A stretch of 58,640 nucleotides of DNA from contig JBBSKF010000004.1 in NCBI GenBank assembly GCA_038256525.1, positions 1 to 58,640 of the forward strand. The letters are read 5' to 3'. The notes below the pieces were generated by a model. It had not been told where the DNA came from. It ran no database searches and worked only from the letters and a program-made list of their open reading frames with translations. Positions 45,471 to 54,892 of this stretch are shown here, piece by piece. This DNA comes from Mycobacteriales bacterium (GTDB taxonomy: Bacteria > Actinomycetota > Actinomycetes > Mycobacteriales > SCTD01). A program made the position numbers and the translations under genes. Each line of letters opens with the position of its first letter. The stretch's first letter is position 1.

Positions 45471-47293
45471 TGCTCGAGCAGTGGCACGAGCATGTTTGCC
45501 TGGAGCTCGGTCCGGTCCAGAAACGGCGCGAGGTCCTCCAGCGGCGCCGAGACCATGCGTCCGTCGGGCAGCATCCGTGAGGCCGACTTGGGCGCAAACG
45601 GCTGGTCGAGATCGAGGATCACCTCGCACAGCTGCGGCCCGACCGCAGCGAGAACGTCCCCCAGCACCTGATCGAGCTCGTCGTGGGTGGCCACCTGGCT
45701 GAAGGGGATCTCGAACGCCGCGGCCAGGCGCTCGAAGCGGGGGAACCACACGCCGGTGTCGCTGCCGCAACCGACCTCACGACCCGGGAAGTAGGTGTTC
45801 TGGGTCTGGCGGATGGAGTGGTAGCCGGCGTTGTTGAGCACGAAGATCTTGACGTTGAGGTCGTGCCCCCGAATCGTCGCCAGCTCCTGCACATTCATCA
45901 TCAGGCTGCCGTCGCCGGCCAGGCACACGACCGAGGTGTCACGGCCGAGGGCGACGGCCGCCCCGACGGCTGCCGGGAGGTCATAGCCCATCGACGCGGC
46001 GCCGGAGTTGGTGTAGAGGCGCTGCCCCCGCTTCACCCGGGCTGCCTGGAAGGTCACGACGCACGCGGTGCCGTCGCCGCACACGGTGACCTGGTCCTCG
46101 GGCAGGGCCGCCGTCAGCCGGTCGACGAAGACGTAGGGGTTGACCGCCGAGCTCTCGGCGTATTCGGGCAGCACGACCGGGTAGTCCGCCAGTCGCTGCC
46201 GGCACCAGGCGAGCCACGGCGCATGCCGGCCGATCGACTCGGTCGGTCCCGCCGCGACAGCGCAGACGAGGAACTCACTTAGCTCGGCATGCACCGGCAC
46301 ATCGACGTGCAACGTGGGCTTGGCGAGCTCGGCAGGGTCGATGTCGACCATGACCACCCGCGCGCTACGGGCCCAGGTGGCCCAGGCATAACCGACCTGA
46401 CGCACGTTGAGCCGGCTCCCCAGCACCAGCAGCAGATCGGCGTTCTGCACGGCGAAGTTGCCGGGCCGCGTGCCGACGGTGCCGGGTCGGCCGGCAAAGA
46501 GCTCGTGGTCGTCCCAGAGCAGGTCATGGGCGTTCCATGCCGTCACGACGGGGACACCGAGCGCGTCCACGAAGCGCAGGAAGTCGTCGTAGGCGCCCGC
46601 CGACCGGATGCCACCGCCGGCCAGCACGACGGGACGCTCGGCCACGGACACCGCCGCCAGCACGCTGGCCACCTGGGCTTCCAGGTCGGCTCCGGTGATG
46701 GGTGCGGGACCGCCTTCCCGCATCGCGGCCGGGTCGAAGCCGTCGAGCTCGGCTGACGTCACCGGCGCAGCCTGCACGTCGATCGGGATGTCGAGCCACA
46801 CCGGCCCTGGGCGCCCCTCCTCCGCCGCCCACAACGCGCGCTCGAGCTGCATCCTGACATCACCCGGCTCGCGGACCAAAGCGGCGTACTTCGTGACGCT
46901 CGCCATGATCCGGACGATGTCGATCTCCTGGTCGCCCAGCTGCCGCAGGGGGAGGCCGGTGCTCTCGACCATCGTCTCCCGCTTCACCTGGCCGGAGATC
47001 ACGATCAGCGGGACCGAGTCGGTCCAGGCGCCGAAGATCCCGGTCAGGGTGTTGGTCCCCCCCGGGCCCGTCGTCACGTTGACCGCGCACAGCCGCCCGG
47101 TCAGGCGGGCATAGCTCTCCGCCGCCATGGCACACGCCTGCTCGTGGTGACAGGGGACGACCGTGAGCCCAGGGTGTGCGCCCAGCGCGTCGTTGAGGTG
47201 CATGGCCCCACCGCCGGTGACCATGAAGACGTGCCTGACACCGTGCTCGACCAGGCGCTGTGCGACGTAGTCGGCGACGCGGGCGCCACTCAT
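45467..47293 (-). CDS. Thiamine-diphosphate enzyme, acetolactate-synthase large-subunit-like (YerE-like candidate)
   Basis: 608 aa. N-terminal Pyr domain (HVFMVTGGGAMHLNDAL) and ThDP motif GDGSLMMNVQELATI...VLNNAGY. Confidence 0.9.
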   Translation of the reverse strand: MSGARVADYVAQRLVEHGVRHVFMVTGGGAMHLNDALGAHPGLTVVPCHHEQACAMAAESYARLTGRLCAVNVTTGPGGTNTLTGIFGAWTDSVPLIVISGQVKRETMVESTGLPLRQLGDQEIDIVRIMASVTKYAALVREPGDVRMQLERALWAAEEGRPGPVWLDIPIDVQAAPVTSAELDGFDPAAMREGGPAPITGADLEAQVASVLAAVSVAERPVVLAGGGIRSAGAYDDFLRFVDALGVPVVTAWNAHDLLWDDHELFAGRPGTVGTRPGNFAVQNADLLLVLGSRLNVRQVGYAWATWARSARVVMVDIDPAELAKPTLHVDVPVHAELSEFLVCAVAAGPTESIGRHAPWLAWCRQRLADYPVVLPEYAESSAVNPYVFVDRLTAALPEDQVTVCGDGTACVVTFQAARVKRGQRLYTNSGAASMGYDLPAAVGAAVALGRDTSVVCLAGDGSLMMNVQELATIRGHDLNVKIFVLNNAGYHSIRQTQNTYFPGREVGCGSDTGVWFPRFERLAAAFEIPFSQVATHDELDQVLGDVLAAVGPQLCEVILDLDQPFAPKSASRMLPDGRMVSAPLEDLAPFLDRTELQANMLVPLLEQ

Positions 47294-48024
47294 GCAGCAG
47301 CGCCGATCTCGCGGGTCACCAGCAGCGTGAGAGCCGAGGCGGTGGCCCCGAGGTATTCGACCGCGCCGGTCGGAAGCACCAGCTCGTCGAGAACTCTACG
47401 TTCGTCGTCATCCATCGCCTCATCGAAATAGAGCAGGTCACCGGCGCGCAACCAGGGCGCGACGTGACGCCACGCCGCTGCGGTGGGCTCGTAGATGTCG
47501 AGGTCGAACAGCACGATGCGCCGGGGGCCCGCCAGGTCTGCATCCGGCAGTTCCCCCAGCGTCTGTTCGACGTCGCCGATGTGCCAGCGCACCCGAGCGT
47601 CCCTGATCTGCGGAGGGTGCCCGGCCGCATCGAATTCCCCTTTCGGTAGGCCGCGCCAGGCCCGGGGCAGACCGGTGAACCGGTCGAAGCCGTGCCAGAT
47701 CAGCGAGGGATTGCCGACGCGGTCCAGCCACCATGTCGTGGTGTAGCCCCACGCCACGCCGAACTCCAGCACGGTCACCGGCTCCCCCGGCGGGAGCCGT
47801 CGAACCAGGCTGTCCCAGAGGTCCTCGCGTCGCGACGTGATGCGCACAGCCCCGAAGCTGTCGATCTGCCACTCGACGAAGTCGGCGATGTCCCCGGCGT
47901 TCTTCATCTTCTTGCGCAGGGTGGACGACGAGGCGGAAAGCCGGGCGAACACCGCCTGAGCGCGCAGGGTCGCGACCGACGGTGCCCCGGCCGGAACCGC
48001 GGACGCCGAAGAACGAGGAGACAC
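47290..48024 (-). CDS. TylF/MycF-like class I methyltransferase-fold protein
   Basis: VLEFGVAWGYTT and VLFDLDIYEPT, which resemble macrocin-O-methyltransferase motifs. ATGA overlap with the ThDP gene. Confidence 0.55.
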   Translation of the reverse strand: MSPRSSASAVPAGAPSVATLRAQAVFARLSASSSTLRKKMKNAGDIADFVEWQIDSFGAVRITSRREDLWDSLVRRLPPGEPVTVLEFGVAWGYTTTWWLDRVGNPSLIWHGFDRFTGLPRAWRGLPKGEFDAAGHPPQIRDARVRWHIGDVEQTLGELPDADLAGPRRIVLFDLDIYEPTAAAWRHVAPWLRAGDLLYFDEAMDDDERRVLDELVLPTGAVEYLGATASALTLLVTREIGAAA

Positions 48025-48029
48025 AGTCC

Positions 48030-48482
48030 CTACTTCCGTCGAAAGGAGAAACGCTGATGGAGCGCATAGGTCACCACCGCTGAGACGGCCAGAAAGCCCG
48101 CCTGTGCGGGGATGACCGGCACCTGCAGCACCTCGACGAGCAACGGCAGCACCACGAGGTTGACCGCGAAGGCGCCGAGGTAGACCGACCAGAACCGGAG
48201 CAGGTCGGGCAGGATCCTGCCGTGCACGCGAAACACCCAGATGCGTTGCACGGCAAAGGCCTCCAGCACGGCGACGACATGGCTGAGGGCGAGCACGATC
48301 AGGTAAGGAAGGGCGTCGCCCCAGAGCAGTTCCAGCGCGCCGAACACGGCGAAGGCGAACGCGGTGTTCACCAGTCCGACCGCGATGAAGCGCATCATCC
48401 GCCGGTAGTCCCGACCCTGGGGGATGTCACCGCTCGGTACGACAGCATCCGTCTCCGCCACGGCAGTCCTCCGCACGGTCAC
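48030..48482 (-). CDS. GtrA-family small membrane protein
   Basis: MMRFIAVGLVNTAFAFAVFG core. A GTG at 48482 gives a GTGA overlap with the upstream gene (alternative start ATG 48398). Confidence 0.75.
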   Translation of the reverse strand: MTVRRTAVAETDAVVPSGDIPQGRDYRRMMRFIAVGLVNTAFAFAVFGALELLWGDALPYLIVLALSHVVAVLEAFAVQRIWVFRVHGRILPDLLRFWSVYLGAFAVNLVVLPLLVEVLQVPVIPAQAGFLAVSAVVTYALHQRFSFRRK

Positions 48483-49771
48483 GTCAGCGACATCGCGGCA
48501 CGTCCGGGGCCGGTGGCTGCCTCGGGCTGGATGCTCGCGCCGGAGCCGGCTGGCTGGCGGAGCGCCACTGACGACAGCCCGACCACCAGGATCAGCAGCA
48601 AGATGGGGTTGACCAGGGCGCTGAGCCCCACATCGCCGTAGAGGGTGGGGAGTGCTTTGGGCACGAGCAGCAACCCCAGCACCAACAGTGCCGGGAACCG
48701 AAGCAGACCGGGTGGCTGACCCAGCATCAACAGCAGCGGAACGACGAGAAGCACGAGCCGATAGTCGAAGGCCACGGGCAGAGCGACGACGGTCAACGCG
48801 GCGACAATCGCGCACGACTGCCAGGCGAACAGGCGTCCGGACAGCACGGCGACCGCGCCCACGACGACCAGGGCGAGTGAGACCACCGTGGCGACCCCAC
48901 CCAGGGACGGCCAGGTCGGTAGGAGCTCTGCGAGGGCACTGGCCAGGCCGCGAAGACTGCTTCCGTGCTGGACACCGAACTCATTGTCGGCGATGGAGTT
49001 GAACCCACGTCCGGCAGCGAGCATGGCCTCGACGTTGTTGACCAGGCCCCCCGAGAAGCTCAAGAGGCTCAGCAGCGTGAGAAGGCCTGCCGTCCCGACG
49101 GCGATCATGCTGTCCCGATATCTCCGGGCGCCGAGCAGGACCAGCACGAACAGCACCGGATAACCCTTCATGGCGGCGGCCGCACCGATCAACACGGCGC
49201 TGATCGCCCACGCCTCGCGGCGGGCGAGAAGGATGGCGGCCGCCAGGAAAAGGAGAATCAAGCCTTCCACGTTGCCCCGGTCGAGCATCAGCAACACGGG
49301 ATAGTTGAGCAGACCCAGCACGCCGGCCGCCAGCAGCCGTAACGGCATGTCCAGATAGGACAGCTGCGCGCCGAGCAGGCCCACGACCGCCACCGCCAGG
49401 CCGATGAGGAACAGGGCGAGCACCAGGGTGTAGGGGAGCCAGGTGAATGGCCGGAGCAGAAGGTGGGTGAAGGGGAGGTAGTTGCTGGAGAGGAACACAC
49501 CCTGGCCGAGATCGAGGTAGGGACTCGGATCGCCGGACAGGCGCAAGGTGAGGAACAGATCCCCGAAACCGTGCACTCCGACGACATCCTGGCTGCCCGC
49601 GAACTCCCCGTCATCGGGGCGGAACAGGAAGGTGTTGTCCGGATAGGGCTTACCGCGATACACCCCCTGCACGTAGTGGGAGACGACGGCGATGAAGAAG
49701 CCGGTCAGCATGAGCAGCACCAGCCACCACACCTCGTTCACGTCCCGTCGCAAGCGCTCTGGTCGGCTCAC
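48479..49771 (-). CDS. Polytopic GT-C-type glycosyltransferase (DUF2029/GT87-like)
   Basis: GTG 49771 (GTGA overlap). ~430 aa and almost entirely TM, with GAAAAMKGYPVLFVLVLL and an early acidic loop (RPDDGEF). Family assigned by resemblance and context. Confidence 0.6.
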   Translation of the reverse strand: MSRPERLRRDVNEVWWLVLLMLTGFFIAVVSHYVQGVYRGKPYPDNTFLFRPDDGEFAGSQDVVGVHGFGDLFLTLRLSGDPSPYLDLGQGVFLSSNYLPFTHLLLRPFTWLPYTLVLALFLIGLAVAVVGLLGAQLSYLDMPLRLLAAGVLGLLNYPVLLMLDRGNVEGLILLFLAAAILLARREAWAISAVLIGAAAAMKGYPVLFVLVLLGARRYRDSMIAVGTAGLLTLLSLLSFSGGLVNNVEAMLAAGRGFNSIADNEFGVQHGSSLRGLASALAELLPTWPSLGGVATVVSLALVVVGAVAVLSGRLFAWQSCAIVAALTVVALPVAFDYRLVLLVVPLLLMLGQPPGLLRFPALLVLGLLLVPKALPTLYGDVGLSALVNPILLLILVVGLSSVALRQPAGSGASIQPEAATGPGRAAMSLT

Positions 49772-50814
49772 AGACCGACCCGCCCCCGGACGACGTAGTT
49801 CGGACGCTGTTTCACCTCCTCGTAGATGAGCCCCACGTATTCGCTCACGACCCCGATCATCGAGAACAGGATGCCGAACAGCAGAAGGGTGAAACCGATG
49901 ATGCTTCCGAAGCCTGCGAAGGGGACACCGAACAGCACGAACCGCAGCGCGAGAACCACGAGCGTGAGAAACGACAGGGCGGAGACCGCAAAACCACTGA
50001 TCGTGATGAGTCGCAGCGGGACGTAGGAGTGCGCGAAGATCCCCTTGAAAGCAAGGTCGATGACCTTCAGGCTGTGCGCGTTCGAGACGCCCCCGAAGCG
50101 CGGTGGGCGCTCGTGCTCGATGCCTATCGAGCGGTAGCCGACCCAGGCGAACAGACCCCGGACGAAGCGGTTCCGCTCCTCCATCGTGTTGATGGTCTCG
50201 TAGACCCTGCGGTCGACGAGCCGGAAGTCGCTGGCATTGCGCGGGATGCGGTCGTCGGTGAGCTTTCCGGCCAGCCAGTAGAAGGCCTTGGAGTTGAACG
50301 TGCGCAGCGGGCCGGTCCCCTGCCGCTCGCTGACGACCATGTAGATGTTCTCGTAGCCCTCCTCCCACTTGCGCAGGAAGGTCGAGATCAGCTCGGGCGG
50401 GTCCTGCAGGTCGGCGGTCATGACGACCGCGGCGTCGCCGGTCGCGTGCGCCAGCCCCGCGGTGAGCCCGCCGTCCATCCGGAAGTTGCGGGCGAGCTGC
50501 ACCACCTTGAAGCGGGGGTCGCGGTGGTGGATCGCCAGCAGCTTGTCCCAGGTGTCGTCGATCGAGCCGTTCTCGACGACGATGATCTCGAAGTCGTACG
50601 CCGGCTCGGCGGCCATGAGCAGCGTCAGCCGGCGGGCGAGCTCGTCCACGCAGTCGGTCTCGTTGTAGGCCGGGATGACGACACTGACGAGCTGTCGACC
50701 GGCTGTGGGAGGTCGCCGGGTCGAGGGCTCGGGCACCTGCTCCGGCACGAGGACCGGGTCGTGCAGGTCCGGCGTGCGTCCGCTCGCGGGCCGGATCGGG
50801 CTCGCGTCGCTCAC
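49768..50814 (-). CDS. GtrB/DPM1-like polyprenyl-phosphate glycosyltransferase (GT2 with 2 C-terminal TMs)
   Basis: VSVVIPAYNE, IIVVENGSIDDT, MTADLQDPPELI, and a C-terminal TM pair. Confidence 0.85.
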   Translation of the reverse strand: MSDASPIRPASGRTPDLHDPVLVPEQVPEPSTRRPPTAGRQLVSVVIPAYNETDCVDELARRLTLLMAAEPAYDFEIIVVENGSIDDTWDKLLAIHHRDPRFKVVQLARNFRMDGGLTAGLAHATGDAAVVMTADLQDPPELISTFLRKWEEGYENIYMVVSERQGTGPLRTFNSKAFYWLAGKLTDDRIPRNASDFRLVDRRVYETINTMEERNRFVRGLFAWVGYRSIGIEHERPPRFGGVSNAHSLKVIDLAFKGIFAHSYVPLRLITISGFAVSALSFLTLVVLALRFVLFGVPFAGFGSIIGFTLLLFGILFSMIGVVSEYVGLIYEEVKQRPNYVVRGRVGL

Positions 50815-51791
50815 CCTGCCGACGCCAGGAGCCGCCGGTACCAGGCCACGGTGTCGGCGAGCCCCTGCTCCAACGACCAGCCGGCGCTCCAGTCGAGCTC
50901 CTTGCGGGCCTTGGCGGAGTCGAGGTACTGGTCCCGGATCTCCTGCTTCGCCTGCCCCAGCACGAGCGGCTCGACCGGTCCGCCGACGACCGCGTCGCAG
51001 ACGGCGGTGTAGATGTGCATCACCGACAGCGGCTCCTCGGCACTGAAGTTGAAAGCCGCGCCGGGCGCGATGGTCCCGTCGAGCGCTCGGGCCGTCACAA
51101 GATAGGCGTCCACCACGTCCTCGACGTAGAGGTAGTCGCGCAGGAACGTGCCGTCCGAGCGCAGGACCGGCTGGTCACCGCGCAGCAGCGACCGGATCGT
51201 GCCCGGCACGATGCGACTCCAGTTGAGGTCGCCACCCCCGTAGATGTTGCCGCAACGGGCGATGGCGACGGGGGTGCCGTAGGTGAGCGCGTAGCTGGCG
51301 CTGATCAGGTCGGTGCAGGACTTCGACACTTCGTACGGCGCCGTTCCGCGCAGCGGCATGTCCTCGGTGTAGGGCAGCTCGGGCACCGCGCCGTAGGCCT
51401 TGTCGCTGCTGGCGACGACGACCCGGCGTACGAGCTCGGGGTGGATCCTGGCCGTTTCGAGGACGTTCCATGACCCGGCGACGTTGGCCTGCAGGGTCGC
51501 GAGGGGCGAGCGGAAGGCGGTGCCGACGATGGTTTGCGCGCCCAGGTGCAGGATCGTGTCGACGTCGTGCTCGTTGACCGCACGCTCGACCGTCTCGTAG
51601 TCCTCGAGCCGGCCGTTGACGACCGAGGTCTGGGCGATCGTCCCGCTGCGCAGCAGTTCGGACTGGGGGTCGGCGTCGCGAACCAGCACCACGACGTGGG
51701 CGTTCTCGTCGACCAGCCGCCGGGTCGCCCAGGCGCCGACCATGCCGGTGGCGCCGGTGACCAGGACGCGCTTGTCCGACCAGTAGCTCAC
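50811..51791 (-). CDS. rfbG: CDP-glucose 4,6-dehydratase
   Basis: VLVTGATGMVGAW and YEVSK. GTG 51791 gives a GTGA overlap with rfbF. Confidence 0.85.
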   Translation of the reverse strand: MSYWSDKRVLVTGATGMVGAWATRRLVDENAHVVVLVRDADPQSELLRSGTIAQTSVVNGRLEDYETVERAVNEHDVDTILHLGAQTIVGTAFRSPLATLQANVAGSWNVLETARIHPELVRRVVVASSDKAYGAVPELPYTEDMPLRGTAPYEVSKSCTDLISASYALTYGTPVAIARCGNIYGGGDLNWSRIVPGTIRSLLRGDQPVLRSDGTFLRDYLYVEDVVDAYLVTARALDGTIAPGAAFNFSAEEPLSVMHIYTAVCDAVVGGPVEPLVLGQAKQEIRDQYLDSAKARKELDWSAGWSLEQGLADTVAWYRRLLASAG

Positions 51792-52573
51792 TCCCACACC
51801 TTCCAGGGCGCGTTGCCGCGGCTCCACAGCTCGTTGAGCATCGTGGACTCGCGGTAGGTGTCCATCGGCTGCCAGAAGCCGTCGTGCTGGTAGGCCACCA
51901 GCTCGCCGCGGGCGGCGAGCTCCGCGAGCGGTTCCTGCTCGAGCACCAGGTCGTCGCAGTCCTGCCCGAGCACGTCGAGCACGCTGCGCTCGAAGACAAA
52001 GAATCCGGCGCTCACCCAGTCGTCGACCTGCGGCTTCTCGCGAAAGCGCTGGACGACCGCGGCGGCATCGAGGTCCACCAGCCCGAAGCGCGACAGCGGT
52101 CGGACCGTGGTGATGGTGGCCAGCTTGCCGTGGGCTTCGTGGAAGGCGAGCAGCTTGCCGATGTCGACGTCGGCGAGGCCGTCGCCGTACGTCACGATGA
52201 AGCGCTCGTCCTGCTCGACGTAACGCCGGATGCGCGCGACCCGCCCCCCGGTCTGCGTGGACGGCCCGGTGTCGGCCACCGTCACCCGCCAGTCCGACTC
52301 GAGGTGCTGGTCGTGGAAGACGATCTCGTGGGAGCGGCCGAGGGTGATGGTGAAGTCGTTGTTGCGTGCCTCGTAGTCGAGGAAGTACTCCTTGATGATC
52401 TCGCCCTTGTAGCCGGTGCAGACGACGAAGTCGTTGATGCCGTGAGCCGAGAAGATCTTCATGATGTGCCAGAGGACCGGCTTGCCGCCCACCTCGACCA
52501 TCGGCTTGGGACGGAACTCGGTCTCCTCGCGCATCCGGGTGCCCAGCCCACCCGCGAGCAGGACGGCCTTCAT
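51788..52573 (-). CDS. rfbF: Glucose-1-phosphate cytidylyltransferase
   Basis: MKAVLLAGGLGTRMREETEFRPKPMVEVGGKPVLWHIMK, the canonical RfbF/DdhA N-terminus. Confidence 0.9.
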   Translation of the reverse strand: MKAVLLAGGLGTRMREETEFRPKPMVEVGGKPVLWHIMKIFSAHGINDFVVCTGYKGEIIKEYFLDYEARNNDFTITLGRSHEIVFHDQHLESDWRVTVADTGPSTQTGGRVARIRRYVEQDERFIVTYGDGLADVDIGKLLAFHEAHGKLATITTVRPLSRFGLVDLDAAAVVQRFREKPQVDDWVSAGFFVFERSVLDVLGQDCDDLVLEQEPLAELAARGELVAYQHDGFWQPMDTYRESTMLNELWSRGNAPWKVWE

Positions 52574-52722
52574 GTCTGCAGTCCCCACTTTCCGCATCCG
52601 CTCAGCGTGGTCGCTCGTCCTCGGGCAGGCTACCTACACCGACCACCCCAGAGCGGTTGCCACACCCGGTCCTGTGTCTGCCTCGCGCTATACCCTCGCC
52701 CTTGCCCCGCCGAAGGAGAACC

Positions 52723-53427
52723 GTGGAACCCGTGCTCCTGGCCCGCCAGCTCGTCGTCGACTTCGGCGACGTCCGCGCGGTCGACGGCTTCGACCTGTCG
52801 GTCGGTGCCGGTCGCAGCGTCGCACTCGTCGGCCGCAACGGCGCCGGCAAGTCGACCACCATGCGGGTGCTGGCCGGGGTGCTGCCGCCGAGCAGCGGCT
52901 CGGTCATCGTCGCCGGGATCGACGCGGCGAAGGACCCCTCTGGCGTCCGCGCGGTCGTCGGCTACTGCCCCGATGTCGGCGGGCTGATCCCCCGCGCCAC
53001 CCCGTGGGAGCACCTGCAGCTGGCGGCCAAGCTGCGTGGCATGAAGGGCTGGCAGGACCGGGCGACCGAGCTGCTCGACCGCTTCGACCTGGCCGGCGTC
53101 GCCGACCGGGTCACCGCCGGGTTCTCGCACGGCATGGGCCGCCGGTTGTCGGTGGTCCTCGCCACCTTCCACGAGCCGCGCCTGCTGCTGCTCGACGAGC
53201 CGTTCGACGGCGTCGACCCCCTCGGGGTGGACGCCACCCTCGAGGTGGTGGCCGAGGCCCGGGCCACCGGCGCCGCCGTGTTCGTCTCGACCCACCTGCT
53301 CGGCCTGGCCGTCCGCGCCTGCGAGGAGGCCGTCGTGCTCAAGGGCGGGCGCGTGGTCGGCGCCGCGCCCGCCGCTGAGCTGACCGGGAGCGAGGGCGAC
53401 ATCCGCTACCGAGCGCTCATCACGTGA
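52723..53427 (+). CDS. ABC transporter ATP-binding protein
   Basis: GTG 52723 after GAAGGAGA. Walker A GRNGAGKST, signature FSHGMGRRLS, Walker B LLLLDEPFDGVD. Confidence 0.85.
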   Translation: MEPVLLARQLVVDFGDVRAVDGFDLSVGAGRSVALVGRNGAGKSTTMRVLAGVLPPSSGSVIVAGIDAAKDPSGVRAVVGYCPDVGGLIPRATPWEHLQLAAKLRGMKGWQDRATELLDRFDLAGVADRVTAGFSHGMGRRLSVVLATFHEPRLLLLDEPFDGVDPLGVDATLEVVAEARATGAAVFVSTHLLGLAVRACEEAVVLKGGRVVGAAPAAELTGSEGDIRYRALIT

Positions 53428-53439
53428 GCCCCGGTCGCC

Positions 53440-54705
53440 TCAGGGGCCGAGCGCCCCGAGGGCGATGACGTTCACCCCGTCGGTGCGGCGGTAGGACGGA
53501 CCGGTGGCCACGACGATCCCCAGGCCCGCGGGCGGTGTCCTCATGGCGGCCCCGAACCGCACCAGCCCCTTGGCCGCCGCATCGAGCACCGTGTCCGACC
53601 CGGAGAGCTTGATCTCGAGCCCGACCCACTGGCTCCTCGGTCCGACGACGATCGCGTCGACCTCCACATCCCGGTCGTCGCGGTAGGCCCGCACCTGGCC
53701 GCCGAGCGCGTAGGCGTATGCGCACAGGTCCCGGTGGACCAGGCTCTCGAACTGGAAGCCGAACATCTCGCGGTCCCTGAGCAGCGCGGTCGGATCAGCT
53801 CCGAGAGCAGCAGCGGCCAGCGACGGATCGATCAGGTGGCGCTTGGGTTTGGACCGGACCTGCGCGCCCGGGCGGAGATGGCCACCCCATGCCAGCTGCT
53901 CGTCGACGACCCAGAGGCGCAGCAGGGGGTCGAGGTAGCTGCTGACCGTCTTGGCCGTCACGGGCTCGCCCTGACCGGTCGCGTCGGCGGCGAGCACCTT
54001 CAGGTCGGTGTACGTCGAGGTGTGACGGGCCAGCGAGAACAGCAGGGCCTTGACCTTGCGCGGGTCGCGCCGAACCTGGTCCACCTCGACGATGTCGGTG
54101 CCGGCGATCGTGTCGAGATAGTCCCGCGCGGCCTGCTGGGCATCGTCGATGTCACGCCGGAGGGTCGCGGGCCAGCCGCCCCGACAGGTGAGCTCCGCGA
54201 TGGCCGTCAGGTCGTGCACCGGCGGCGCGGCGGTGCTGTCCGCACCGGCAAGCAGGCCGGCGAGAGAGACTGCACCGGTCGAGTCCCCCGACTCGTACAG
54301 GCTCATCGGACGCATCCGCAGGCGCGAGATGCGCATCGCTCCCGAATGTCGCGTCAGGCTCTCGGACGGAGAGGCAGATCCGGTGAGGATGAACTGCCCG
54401 TCCTGCTGGCGATCGTCGACGGCCGCACGCACGGCGTCCCAGACCTCGGGGACACGCTGCCACTCGTCAATCAACCGCGGGGTCGCTCCGTCGAGCAGCA
54501 TGGCGGGATCTGCGAGCCCCGCGCGCCGCATCGCGGGATCGGCGTCCAGGCGCACCTCGCTGCCAGCCTGCTGCCGTGCGGTCGAGGTCTTACCGCACGC
54601 CTTGGGTCCTTCGAGCAGGACTGCGCCATGGGACCGCAGCCGCTGGCGCAGTACGTCGTCGACAAGGCGCGGGAGGTACTGCGGTCGGCGCGGTCCTGTG
54701 GTCAT
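53440..54705 (-). CDS. AAA-type ATPase (DUF4143-like)
   Basis: 421 aa with Walker A LLEGPKACGKTSTA and LIDEWQRVPEVW. Sits on the opposite strand between the ABC ATPase and the permease. Confidence 0.8.
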   Translation of the reverse strand: MTTGPRRPQYLPRLVDDVLRQRLRSHGAVLLEGPKACGKTSTARQQAGSEVRLDADPAMRRAGLADPAMLLDGATPRLIDEWQRVPEVWDAVRAAVDDRQQDGQFILTGSASPSESLTRHSGAMRISRLRMRPMSLYESGDSTGAVSLAGLLAGADSTAAPPVHDLTAIAELTCRGGWPATLRRDIDDAQQAARDYLDTIAGTDIVEVDQVRRDPRKVKALLFSLARHTSTYTDLKVLAADATGQGEPVTAKTVSSYLDPLLRLWVVDEQLAWGGHLRPGAQVRSKPKRHLIDPSLAAAALGADPTALLRDREMFGFQFESLVHRDLCAYAYALGGQVRAYRDDRDVEVDAIVVGPRSQWVGLEIKLSGSDTVLDAAAKGLVRFGAAMRTPPAGLGIVVATGPSYRRTDGVNVIALGALGP

Positions 54706-54892
54706 GAAGGGACGACTTCTCTGCGCTAGACGAGTAATAACGGCGTTGCGCTTCCGATATTACCGGAAGCTCGCATCTCCCGCGGGTGGACACAGCCCGA
54801 GCAGGAGTGGCGGGCCGGTTCGCGGATCGGCCTGTAGCCTCGGCGTCGCGGCGCCGAAGAAGGAGTGTGGACCCCCTGCCCCTGCCCGGCCG

